DNA of 63,141 bases, counting the filler, from Reticulomyxa filosa (lineage: Eukaryota; Protista; Foraminifera): the NCBI GenBank assembly GCA_000512085.1. It is 20 parts of 20 records of this genome, joined end to end, with 100 filler letters (N's around TTAATTAATTAA, not from the genome) between each part and the next. Parts side by side here need not be neighbours in the genome. Positions count along the whole stretch, not along the records: positions 1 to 1,419 come from ASPP01038585.1; positions 1,520 to 2,519 come from ASPP01050130.1; positions 2,620 to 4,275 come from ASPP01028722.1; positions 4,376 to 5,912 come from ASPP01020826.1; positions 6,013 to 13,380 come from ASPP01006193.1; 15 more parts are not named here. The stretch is one strand, 5' to 3'. The translations under genes were made by a program, and so were the position numbers. The notes beneath the pieces were generated by a model, which worked only from the letters and a program-made list of their open reading frames with translations, ran no database searches and was not told the origin of the DNA. Numbering within the stretch: position 1 is the stretch's first letter; each line of letters starts with the position of its first letter. This document shows positions 1-11,567 of this stretch, one piece after another.

Positions 1-672
1 ATTTAAATTAAACCCATTAATTTTATTTTTGAATATATGATAAAATAGCAAATATTTTTTTCATCAATTATCGCATACACTTATTGGTAATTTCTTGAAT
101 GATTGTATGTTAATTACAATGGCTTGATTTATCCATTTTTATTACTACTTTAAACGCTTACATGTATATCTCCAATTTATGTTTAACATATCTACTAAAA
201 GGCAACAAAGTGCGTTCATTTCAGTGTTTATTGTTCTATAAAACTTTGAAAGCGAATTAAAGTACTATATCGGCCTTGTTTAACTTGTCTTTCAGTAGGT
301 TTTTATATTGTAGTTCGATTACCCATGTTGTTAATGTTAAATAGCTTGACTTTCCTTAAAAAAAAAAGATAATGCGAATAACTTTTAAAAAAACAAAAAC
401 AGCGAATTCAAATGTATCTTTTTTTAAAAAAACAAAAGTGTATTATTGCTAAGCGGTTCAAATAAAATACAAATTACTTCTTCTTTTCCAAGAACGTGCC
501 AATAAACTTGATGCTGAATTGGTGTTAAATGTTCTTTTTTTGTGGAACATCTGCTTGATTAGTGAAATAAAATATTAAATAAAAAAACTAGTTGTCACAT
601 TGTAATTTTTTTTTAATTACTAGCACAAATTAATAAAACTTTCTACAGTAGATTGCAAAAAACATGCCATAC

Positions 673-1419
673 CTAAATGTCACTATATGAATAGAATCGA
701 TTTTCTCCATATTTATTTTCAGTCAGAATAGTGATATTTGTTTGTGATGCCAAACCATTAAACTCAATTTACTCCAACTTTGTTTGTAATTTGAGAAAAT
801 CGTCTTGTTGCATATTTTGAACTTGTTCTATCCATTTTTCTAACGTAGTAGTTATTCATTATATTCATCTAATACTTTCTTATTGAATTTCCGAATTTTT
901 TGGAATTTGTCATGTATTTGCTCTTTGTGCTGTTTTTCAATTAATAAATTTTCTGCATCTTTCTTATTTACATTGGCAATATCAGCTTTTTTATTTTTCT
1001 TTGTGGTGTCAAATAACAAGTCGTTTGCCTCATTGTTGAGATCTTGGCCTTGGGTTTGGGTTTGGACTTGGACTTGAAATAGAAAGAGTGACAAAACATG
1101 GTGGTGTTGAGAATGTTGAACACACATCTGTATCGACTCTTGCGAGTTGCCAAACTCAACTTGAACTTCTCTCGAATGAGCACCATGTTTGTCCGAGACA
1201 ATATTATCTTGGACGTCTGCCAAGTCCCATTGAGAGTCGAGTTTGTTCATGTTGACATCGACGACACATCCTGGTTCGAGCCGATCCAATTGAGTGCAGT
1301 AGGAATACCACAACTCTTTGTTGAGACAGTGGTTGCGAATATGCTCGACGGAGAGCAGAAATTGCTCCAAATTTGACAACCTTTGGACGATAGTTGGATT
1401 TGGATTTCATTGAGGTTTA
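673..1419 (-). pseudogene. 3' part of a multicopy coiled-coil family gene, disrupted
   Basis: ORF 852-1379 continues after a frameshift as ITTTLEKWIEQVQNMQQDDFLKLQTKLE*IEFNGLASQTNITILTENKYGENRFYSYSDI*. The same C-terminus and 3' flank recur at 54022-54105. Confidence 0.55.
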
Positions 1420-2619
1420 NNNNNNNNNNNNNNNNNNNNNNNNNNNNNNNNNNNNNNNNNNNNTTAATTAATTAANNNNNNNNNNNNNNNNNNNNNNNNN
1501 NNNNNNNNNNNNNNNNNNNAAAGGATATTAATTCGGCAGTGGATGGAATCGAAATACTTTCTCGCAGACAGGTGTGTGGCTGTTGCAAGTTGCATTTCAT
1601 GGCAAGATAACGGAGAAATGATATTTGACATTTTTACATTTGTGTTACTTGCCCATGCACAATCGATAATAGTTAAAGTGATTATTATATGTGTTGTAAC
1701 TTTACTTGAAAATTTTTGGTATATCTTTATTGTTTTCCTTGGATCACTGTGGGATAACTGAAACATAACTGATATAAACGTTGATTTAGCGACTTAGTCG
1801 TTAAATTACAAAACATTTTGGCTCTAATTTCACTAATGATGCACTTGTATCAATTATTTCAGCATAAACTCTTTTTACACATTTTTGCTTACTTTTTAAC
1901 TTTATATTGTTTTCATTGGATCACTTATTCATTGCGTAATATATTTATCATTTTATCTGACAATGGCTACACCTAAAAACAGTCATGTAGAATATCCTTC
2001 AGGAAAAAAAAACATAGTTGGTAGATGCAATCTTTGGAAAGATTTAATTTCTATGTATTAAATCTATAAATAAAACTTTTCAATATACCTTGAATGCTTA
2101 TTGTAAATACAAACAAATCAAAAATTAGTTTCTTTCACACGTTTTGGCTGCAAAGAAAAGTAAGAAACATAGCAGAACATTTTCTTTAATGAATTACATT
2201 TTAAAGGAAAAACGCTACTGAGAGGCTGATGATTATGAAAAGTGAAAATACACTGAATTTTTGGAAATTATTGGGACAATGTGCATTAAAATGTTAATAT
2301 TTTGTACTTTTGATAGATTTGATGAATAATGGAAAATTATTCATTTTATTTTCTTTTATTGATGTCTATATTGCTGTGTTTGTTATTATCTACCAAAGTC
2401 CAGCTATTAAATTCGAAAGATAGTTGAATAATAAAATATTAGCTTTGTATTATATAATGCAATTTTTCATGTTTGGGAAAATACAAATCGACTGATTTGC
2501 TCTTTATTTAGCACACAACNNNNNNNNNNNNNNNNNNNNNNNNNNNNNNNNNNNNNNNNNNNNTTAATTAATTAANNNNNNNNNNNNNNNNNNNNNNNNN
2601 NNNNNNNNNNNNNNNNNNN

Positions 2620-4275
2620 GATATTTAATGCAAATTGTACCAAGTAATGACGTTTTTCAATTATTGGTAAATAACTCAGCGTTTCTTTCCAATTGTTACT
2701 AATCACGATTATCTGTACATACGCCCTTTGCTGCAAGTCTAGGTCTAACCACCATTCTGGTATTGGTTTATTATCAGGATGAAGTTATACTACTAACAAT
2801 TGTCGGATCATATCTCTAAATGCATTTCGCCATTATGTATGGTTTTGTTTGTATACCTTTTTTTGAACATATTCCATTACCACAAGACAAACAATCACAT
2901 CATAAATAATATGATAAAATCAACTAATCAAAAAAACAACATTCGAGTGCTAAAAATCCCACACAAAACTTAGAATGGTGTTTTCATCAACTCTTCAATT
3001 TTGACAGTCGTCGTAGTCGTGGCCACTTTCGTCTTCGCTTCTACCTTCGCTTGTTCTTTTGCTTCATCATCTGTGTCATCCGGGAGTAGGAGCAATGTGT
3101 CGTTCGTTGCATAGAGGGTGGCAGTTATGTATTGTTCGTTGCATCAGTGGTTGGCAGTGTTGACAGCGGATGCACCGTTGCTAGTCGGATTTTCGATAGC
3201 CTCTTATGCAAATTTCTTAGTTTTTGCAAATCGTCAATGCGGTCTTGTATTTCTTGTCGTGCAAAGCCAAGTTGTCCATAATAAATTCGAGTTATCATCT
3301 CACCTTCTTGAATTTTCAACGTTTCTTCCAATCGTTTGTTGTCTTTTTCAATTCCATTGAGCAATTTTTGTCTACTGGTTCAATATCTACATAATCACCA
3401 TTCTACTCAAATTCAAAAAAAAAAGTTAGTGATTACATATACCATACACACATAAAAAACCAACAACAACACATGCCCACACAAAGTAAACACAAAACAT
3501 ACGACATACACATACAACGCCCCGTGCAACCTGCGTTAAGATATTGGCCATTTGCTAATGTATTTGTTGGGCATTCGCCACAAGCACTTGTTGTTGTGAA
3601 GCAGCAGTGTCACCTGCATCGGCACTGTCGGTAGTATCTGGTTGACCTTTGATGCTTCCAAATCAGTCACACGCGACGCCAGTTCATCCACCAATATTTG
3701 AGACACTACTGGTGCGAAATCAGCACTAATTGCCGACGACACCACTCGAGTTGGTACCTTTTATGATCAAAAAGTAATTTATTTTTTTTTTGGATATTAT
3801 CAGTTGTACACACATAGCATACAAATAATATATATGTATAACATATATAATAAATATCATATTTATGATTACATATTCGTGAAAGTAACGTTTTGCAAAT
3901 ATTGGATAGACTCTTTACAAGCTATATTTTCATGGGCCAACTTGATTTGCATATTATTGACGACAACTGCCTTTTCTTCAGTGGCGGCAGCGTCTGCATT
4001 GGAATGTGCACAAGGATGGGGAGCAAAGGCATCTGTTCGATTACGATCACTTTTGGCGATAATACGGTTGAGCTATCCAATGCTTGTTGGACGGCATCGT
4101 TGCGCTGTTTGTTTTTGGAAACAATGCGATCCAACCCACTCGCTGGTTTTTCATTCTTCGGTACACTGATTGTAGTCTGTAAATCTTCCGTCCGGTCTTT
4201 CATTTCGGTCAACATACCCTTTTTCACAAAGGCGACAATTTGCACCATTTTGAAGATTTAGTCTTGCAATTGTTG
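2620..4275 (-). pseudogene. Fragmented multi-exon hypothetical gene, probably a pseudogene
   Basis: Coding-like blocks at 3922-4248, 3536-3745, 3125-3364 and ~2620-2830 (NAFRDMIRQLLVV*LHPDNKPIPEWWLDLDLQQRAY) are separated by AT-rich intron-like DNA, with stops and frame changes. No family recognised. Confidence 0.3.
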
Positions 4276-4412
4276 NNNNNNNNNNNNNNNNNNNNNNNNN
4301 NNNNNNNNNNNNNNNNNNNTTAATTAATTAANNNNNNNNNNNNNNNNNNNNNNNNNNNNNNNNNNNNNNNNNNNNACAACAACAACAAAAAAAAAGAATT
4401 AAAATGATTAAA

Positions 4413-5912
4413 TTAATCATCATTAGACACATCAATAGAGCGAGTATCATTGTTGTCAGCATAATCTTCCAACAGCTCGAGTGGATTGAATGCTACATCT
4501 TTGAGAACAGTGGCGATGGGCTGAACAACCTCAGAGTTCACTCCAGTGCGGGGAGTGTACTCAATAGTAGTAGTAGTAGTAGTAGTAGTAGTAGGCCGAG
4601 CAACTTCATTTATGATGTCTCTTTTGCTGATAATAGCTGGAGGGCTGGCATCGCCAGTGAGATCTTCCGTAGAAGATTCTGAGTGATGGTTGTTCTCATC
4701 TGCAGCATCCGGTGCACCAGTATTTTGTGTATTAGTATCAGCGGTGCTTTCATCCAAGTACTCTGTGGGATCAAACATAAATTGTTTTTTTTTCTGTTCT
4801 TTGGCTTTCAATAATTGTTCTTCTTCTTGTTTTTGATTTTTTTCTTTTTGAAGTTGTTCGTTAACATCATCAACAAATTTGCTCGCTTAAAATGTTGTAC
4901 ACGTTACGGATGCGTATGCATATGATACATATATTGTGTAATGTGTGTATACATTGCTATTGATCATATCATTTATTTTGATAGGAAAAAACAAAACAAA
5001 ACAAAATTGGGCTTTTTGCAAGATGAGTTGATTTTTTGAGGATCGAATTGCTCTTCTTTATCAAACTTGATTTTCAATTCTCGAGGAGTTCGGACGTGGT
5101 CATGACTTCGAAATAAAATGGCCATGAGATTGAAGTCCATCCCACACTGTGATAAGCAATCGTAAAATTTGCATGTTTCCTCCTGAGTCCAGGGGCATTT
5201 TTTGTATTTGATCTGTTTCTTTGCAAAGCTTCGAGTGTTGACCAAAGGCGCGTCTTTGCGTAGCTCTTTGACGTCAACGATAATAGGTTTGACCGTAGCA
5301 TCGACAGTAACAGATGCGGGTGGATTTGTATCTGGAGCCTCAACACCCGTTTCTGCTACAGTTGCCGCAACTGCAACGACTTGCTTGGATTCTTCTCGCA
5401 AGTTTTGATCCAATCGCTTCCAAATGTCATGAAAGCGGCCTTTGCCACTTCGCAGACGATCTTTTCGAAGTTTGGTTTGGGAGGTCATGGCAATGGTGCC
5501 GTCTTGCTGCATCACTAGGAAATGCGATAATGGATTGACGAGCTTGTCTTGCAATGTGTTGGCACTCTCCTGATCATTTTGATCGTTCCCAAACGGATCC
5601 TTTACTGATCTCATGACAAGATGATCCCTGGTCAAGTGTGCGTGCTGTTGCTCTTTGTGATGTTGCAACTCTACTCGTGTCAAAAATGCAATCTTTTGTT
5701 CGCAATGAATACATTGATATCGATGGATCTTCATTTGATGCTGGTCACATTCATCCAATGTCAAAAACTCTTGTCGACACCAATGACAAGTATATGCTTC
5801 ACTTGCAACCTCTTTCTTCTCTTCTTTCTCTTCTGCTTCGTTTTTGTCTTCTTCTGCTTCGTTTTTGTCTTCTTCTTCTTCTTCTTCTTCTACTTCTTTT
5901 TCTTTTCTTTTT
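4413..5912 (-). CDS. BDP1: TFIIIB B''/Bdp1-like SANT (Myb) domain protein with two N-terminal C2H2 zinc fingers; 5'-partial, intron ~5010-4890
   Basis: PWTQEETCKFYDCLSQCGMDFNLMAILF..RTPRELKIKFDKEEQFDPQKIN matches the Bdp1 SANT pattern WxxEETxxFYxxLxxxGxDFxLxxxLF..RxRxxxKxKFxxEE. In-frame upstream are YTCHWCRQEFLTLDECDQHQMKIH (C-x2-C-x12-H-x4-H) and YQCIHCEQKIAFLTRVELQHHKEQQH. Confidence 0.75.
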
Positions 5913-6138
5913 NNNNNNNNNNNNNNNNNNNNNNNNNNNNNNNNNNNNNNNNNNNNTTAATTAATTAANNNNNNNNNNNNNNNNNNNNNNNNNNNNNNNN
6001 NNNNNNNNNNNNGCGAATTCGTTAGTGTATACAAGACTTTTTGGTATCAAAGGACCACGTGAAGGATTTTTTTTATTTTTTCATTTATTACACGAGCCGA
6101 GCCCCTTTTTGCTTAACGTTTTTTTTTTTTTTTTTTAA

Positions 6139-6446
6139 GTATCGGTGGCTGGCTGTGACCAGCCAAAGGGTATCAGATATTTGTTGGAAGTATGGCCGGT
6201 GGTATTGCTAGTATTATAGTTAGCAGTCCATTAGACGTGATTAAAACGCGTTTGCAAAACAAATCATTTGATGACAAACGAAGTGGATTCCGAGTGTTGA
6301 GTGAATTAGTTAAAGAGGAAGGATTTCATGCGTTCTTCAAAGGCTTAACTCCTAAAATTGGATTAATTGGACCCAAATTGGTCTTTTCTTTCACTGTTGC
6401 TCAATGGTTGACCAAAGAGATCCAAATTCATTTGGAGAAAAAATAA
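6139..6446 (+). CDS. GGC1: Mitochondrial carrier, GTP/GDP carrier (Ggc1/Yhm1)-like, last exon
   Basis: Carrier signature PLDVIKTRLQ. The C-terminus EEGFHAFFKGLTPKIGLIGPKLVFSFTVAQ closely resembles the yeast Ggc1 C-terminus (AFFKGLTPKL..GPKLVFSF.LAQ). Confidence 0.75.
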
Positions 6447-7278
6447 ACATTGAATTTTGTTTGTGTTTTCTTTTTTTTGTTTCATTTAATTATTTGAGTT
6501 TTTTGCTGATGAGAGCTATCTATAGCCAACTTGTACAACAACCAATCACGAACAACTTTTCCTAATTTTAGTTTATTGTGCAAGGTCTAAAAAAACAACC
6601 AATATTCCAAATTGCAAAACTGATTGATCTTTTCAACATATGTACAACAATGTAATCAGGTAAAAACTTTTCATGAGTCCAAATTTGTTAGGTTTTTTTG
6701 TTACTGCGTTTATAACAAATTATTATGCCTTTTTTGCAAATACTCTTCGTTTGCTTTGCTTTAGGCTCACAAATCTATCACATTCAAATAATTCCAATAA
6801 CGTTTCATTCGGGTGCTCCTATATATCACGCACAAAGACAAACATAAATAATGTGTAACAAAAAATATATTTTATTATTTTATTTTAATTAAATGAAATA
6901 CAAAAATAAAAAAAAATACATAATTAATAATCAATTTATCGAAATCATTTACACATCCAAATTTAATGTGTAGTCTTCGAATCAAATACTGTATAATGAT
7001 TGGAATTTAATTTTCATTTACATGATTAAATAACAAAACAAAAAATAAATATTAACTTTTTTGACAATGAATAAAACTTATCATTATTGGCCTGTTCAAA
7101 GTTTACATTTTAAAACTAATTTTACATCATTAAAGATTATATAATAAAAACCAAACTTTAATTTTTTTTTCAAGTTCAATGAAAGAACTTCAAAAATATA
7201 ATTATACAATGAAAAAATTTGTCATTATCTAATTTTTTAAAAGTGTGAAAAAATATTTACAAAAAGGTGTATCACACC

Positions 7279-7568
7279 AACTTATATACTCAATATATTT
7301 CAATAATCAATATAAGTTTCAATGAAGACAACAATTGCGTTGTTTATTTTTTTTTTTTTTTTATTCTTATTAAAACAAATATCACACAAACTATGATATA
7401 CTCAGCAAATGTTTTTATTCAGTGAATGAGAATACTTTTATACAAAAAATTTGCTTAGTATATCATAGTTTGTGTGATATTTGGTTTAATAATAATAATT
7501 TAACAACGCAAGTGTTTTCTTCATTGAAACGTATATTGATTATTGAAGCATATGAAAATATACAAGTT
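7279..7568. repeat. Long imperfect inverted repeat (foldback), arms ~7279-7416 and ~7444-7568
   Basis: Left arm caataatcaatataagtttcaatgaagacaacaattgcgttgtt...aaatatcacacaaactatgatatactcagcaaat. The right arm reverse-complements to caataatcaatatacgtttcaatgaagaaaacacttgcgttgtt...aaatatcacacaaactatgatatactaagcaaat. Loop ~27 nt. Confidence 0.9.
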
Positions 7569-8318
7569 ATTTAATATCAATCAAATTTCAAAGAGTTGAA
7601 AATATGTTGTCAAATATCTAGTTAGAACTTAAAATTTATTTGGACTAAGCATCAGTTTTTACTTGAACTTTTCCAACTGAGGAAGCAATGCCTTCCTACC
7701 AGACAAAAAAAAAAACATTCCTTGATGGACTTTGTGTTTGCTGCACTTGTAGGCTAGTTGAGAAAGATCGTCCCATTTTGGCCTTCACACAATTGTTCTG
7801 TACGTTGTTAAACACCACCTTTTTAAAACGCCTTTTTGCAATAAATCAACCAACAAAAAATAATAACAGCAATTCACAGTAACGTGGAACTTGTTCAGAA
7901 TGATTTCTTTCTTTCACCGATACTTCTTGTTCTCGTTTGTCGATATTATATCAGTTGATATTTTTTACTAATTTTCATTGCTTTTTCTTTAAAATCAAAG
8001 GGGGAATGGTTTAACTCATTGTATATGATTGTCCATTCAATATGAAAGTTGAATTGATTTCAAAACTTTTTTGTGTAATTCTACATTCTATCTAATATTC
8101 GTGTTGTGAATACTGGCTCAATGACAGATCTATGCATTCGTGAAAACAATATGTTTAAGCTGTGGAATGCACTGAATATCTTTGAGAGTGATCAACAAAA
8201 TAAAACAAAGGAAGTTACAAACGTAAGAAAACAATAAAAAAAACATCTGTTTTTTTAGTTACAATAGTATCTTTTCACCACCTTTTTTCATAAAGCTTCA
8301 CAAACGAATTAAACTAAA

Positions 8319-11210
8319 ATGTGGCTTTGGTGGTTGCTTGGTGTCAAAACAGTATTAGCCTTGACAACAACACAATTCGCAACAGTTGACCCGTCACTTG
8401 AGAGTTACTTGCAACAGTTGTTGGGCTCTGACTACACACTATCGGATAATGTTTATGAAGTTAAATTAGGTCTTTTTTTGCCTTAAAAAAAATGTGCAAA
8501 ATAAGACACATTTTTGCACCTAACACAATATAGTGGAATGTAACATTGATTGCAGCAATCATTGAAAGAAGGTCTCCAGGGCTATTATGTGGAACAGACA
8601 AAAGTTTTTATAGCAACTTTCCGGAAGTGGTAATTGAGCGCTTACCAGTATGGGTCTTATGGTGTCAAAAATTTTATTGTTTAATTTCAGAAAAAACGCT
8701 GATGTCAAGCTATTCTACCAACTATAGTGAACTTGGAGTGAACTGCACAAATTACAATGTCAGTCAAGATCTCAACAGTTCACAATCTTGTCCAATTCCA
8801 TTAGTTGCCAACAAAAACTGGAGCCCTTTTGGCGGTATCAAACTTTTTTCATTATTAAAAAAAAATGGCTGCAAAGTAGTAATTGATGTTTTATTTTTTT
8901 GAGCTGATTAAAAAAAAGGGAAAAGAAAAATAGCATAAAAAAAAAAAAGAGGTGTCCACAGTTGACACATAAAAACAACCTTACCGACACATAGTGACAA
9001 ACAAACAATGAGGCAGGAAAAAAAAAATGGATATTTTTTCAATATCTTACTTTGACAGCATTTTTTTTTTGCATGCAATTTGAAATAAACAAAAAATAGG
9101 TTGTGCAGTCAGTTGTAAATACAATGGATTGCTCACGGGCGTGCCTCCGAGAAAATTGAAGATGCTTCGAATAGTGAAAATGTTGTGCTGCGTGTTGGCA
9201 CTATTGTTTCTGGTCGTATTGATTGTAAACCAAGTGGCAGACCACAAAATCCAAAATCTACCTTTTTGGAAACGTGGCATTTTGAATCACTCCTCCACTT
9301 TCATTACCATATCTTGGATCGTCATTTTGGCAAGCTTCTTTATTGTTGAAATGGTCGGATTGAATCAAGTGCTGTGTGCTGATAACGGAGATAAACCACG
9401 AGTTGTCTCTAGTTAAGCGATATTTGAAACTGCATAAAAAACACGCTTACATGCAAAAAAAAAACATACACATTAAAAACGCAAAGTACTTTTCTTTTCT
9501 TTTGCCTAGCATACGTATACTGAATAACAAAAAAAAAAGCAAAAGAGAAAAAAATTATTGTTATTATTATTTTTTTAATTTATTTGAATATATGTATAAT
9601 TTTTTTTGTTTGATCTTTTTTTTTTTTTTTTTTTGTGCAGTTGGTAATCCTGCTGCCGGATGGACACCATGTTTTGTTTCAGGATTGACATTTTTTTTGT
9701 CTGAGTTGTGCATATGTAATTATTCGGCAGTGTTTGCGCTGTCTCTTTGGCACCAATTTTATGCACCTTTAAAGTATACTTGGAAGTCTCGTTTTAATAT
9801 CAACTGCGACTGGTTGGATATCATTTGCGTGAGAAAGCACAAACAAAATCGAGGAATGGCGATGGCAATGGCGATAAGTACAGCCTCTCCGTCACCTTCT
9901 CCGACGCCAATGACAGACGATCGGAAATCCGCCATGTTTGCAATCGTGAAGCTAAAGGACAGACTGCATCGACAACTAGCACATTCCCAGTACTGCGACC
10001 ACTCATGTGGCCGTTGCTGTGTTGGATGCATGTGCGCATCTAGCTTCAAATGGCACGTACTCGTTTGGACCCTCAACATCTTTTTCCTCAGTGGTTCCAT
10101 TTACAATAACATGCACAACGCGTACCATCCAATAGGTATTTGCAAAATGACGTGTACGTAGATTTTTTTTTTAAAAAATATATAAAAATTCGTCTATGTA
10201 AATTTGGAAATGAATTCTTATGTGTACATATATAAAAGGTACGTGTTTCCCAACGGCGAACGGCGAAGAGAATTTGTTGTTCGTATACGACGTCTTGCCA
10301 ATAATAGCACCCACGCTGTTTATGGCGATATTCTTGCCTTGCGCAGGCACACTGTTGTGGCAGACAACCCGCACAACTGCGTCCGCTGGCATTGCAAAGC
10401 AAATGCGACAACTGGGATGTCGACTATCACTATTTTATTTCGGCATTGTGTTCAGTTGGTCGTGCATTGTTTCTATTTCATTAAACGGTTATTTGTTCAG
10501 TAAACAAGTAACCAAAGGAGCCGAACAGCGAATTATTTGGTAATTATTTCATTTTCTTTTTTTTTTTTAAATAATATTTATATATATATATATACATATC
10601 GTTATTATTATTATTGTGTTTGGTTTTGAAAGTGCAATGGCACAAAGTGGTGACCCGAATGGATGCTACGACTTAGGATACGTATCACCGATTGTCTACG
10701 CGATAATGTTATTTATTGCAATACCGGTGGCAATTTTGAGTGCAACTATCTTATCGTTTCACGAAAGAAATCTCCAAAGGTGGATGAATTTGCTTCCTTG
10801 CCTTCGCTTTTATAACTTTTCTGATGCTGTTCGTGAGTCCAAGTTGCTCCGCATCAAACCTACTCTCAACGTTCGGCAAGACGAAAATGAACTGTCCAAT
10901 CCTCCTGTAATCGAATTGCAAACCCAAGCGTCCGTTCCACATCGGCCGGATGATCTTAAACCTGCTGAAAATGTCATTCATGGTTCCAATGCTCCCACTG
11001 AACATGACCATAAATATCGCGAAAAAACGCCAGAAATGAGTTTGTTTTATTTTTTTTTTATTTTCATTTTTTTTTTTTAAATGATGTTTGTTTCTTAAAA
11101 AAAAAATTTAAAAAATAGCAATGACAGACAACGCAAGTATACACAGAACTGCAACACCACCCACACAAAAATCAAGTGACAAAAATTCCAGCCCTAATGT
11201 ATCAAATTGA
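8319..11210 (+). CDS. Multi-exon 7TM receptor, Frizzled/Smoothened-like (class F GPCR-like) with a reduced N-terminal Cys-rich region
   Basis: Signal-peptide-like start MWLWWLLGVKTVLA; linker SCPIPLV...CAVSC before TM1; ECL1 Cys (VLCADN); TM3 Cys (WTPCFVSG); ECL2 Cys (GTCFP); two Cys in ECL3 (CVFG...GCYD); post-TM7 RNLQRW at the Frizzled KTxxxW position. GT-AG introns, e.g. 8460-8533. Stop TGA at 11208-11210. Confidence 0.65.
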
Positions 11211-11567
11211 TAATTTGCTTGCAATGAAAAGAGTTTTATCAGCTGCAGGCATTTTATCTTACATTTTTGTTTAAAAGAACAGTATAGTGGGTAAGTTTGC
11301 GCCTTTTGTTGATTTACATGTACAATGAATGGGTGCACTACTTTTTGTCAATTTAAGAGAGCTCGGTTAGATTCGTGAGAAACGAAGGAACTGAATTATT
11401 TCCTCACTCTCTGAAATCTAAATCACTCAATTTTTTATTTTTTAAAATAATAATTTTCAAGACAATTGAAAAGTTGAAAATTCACCACATATGTCCCATT
11501 GACATCCAAATTGAATAGATATTGTTTTTTACATCACAAAAAATAGAATATAAAACATTCTATTAGC

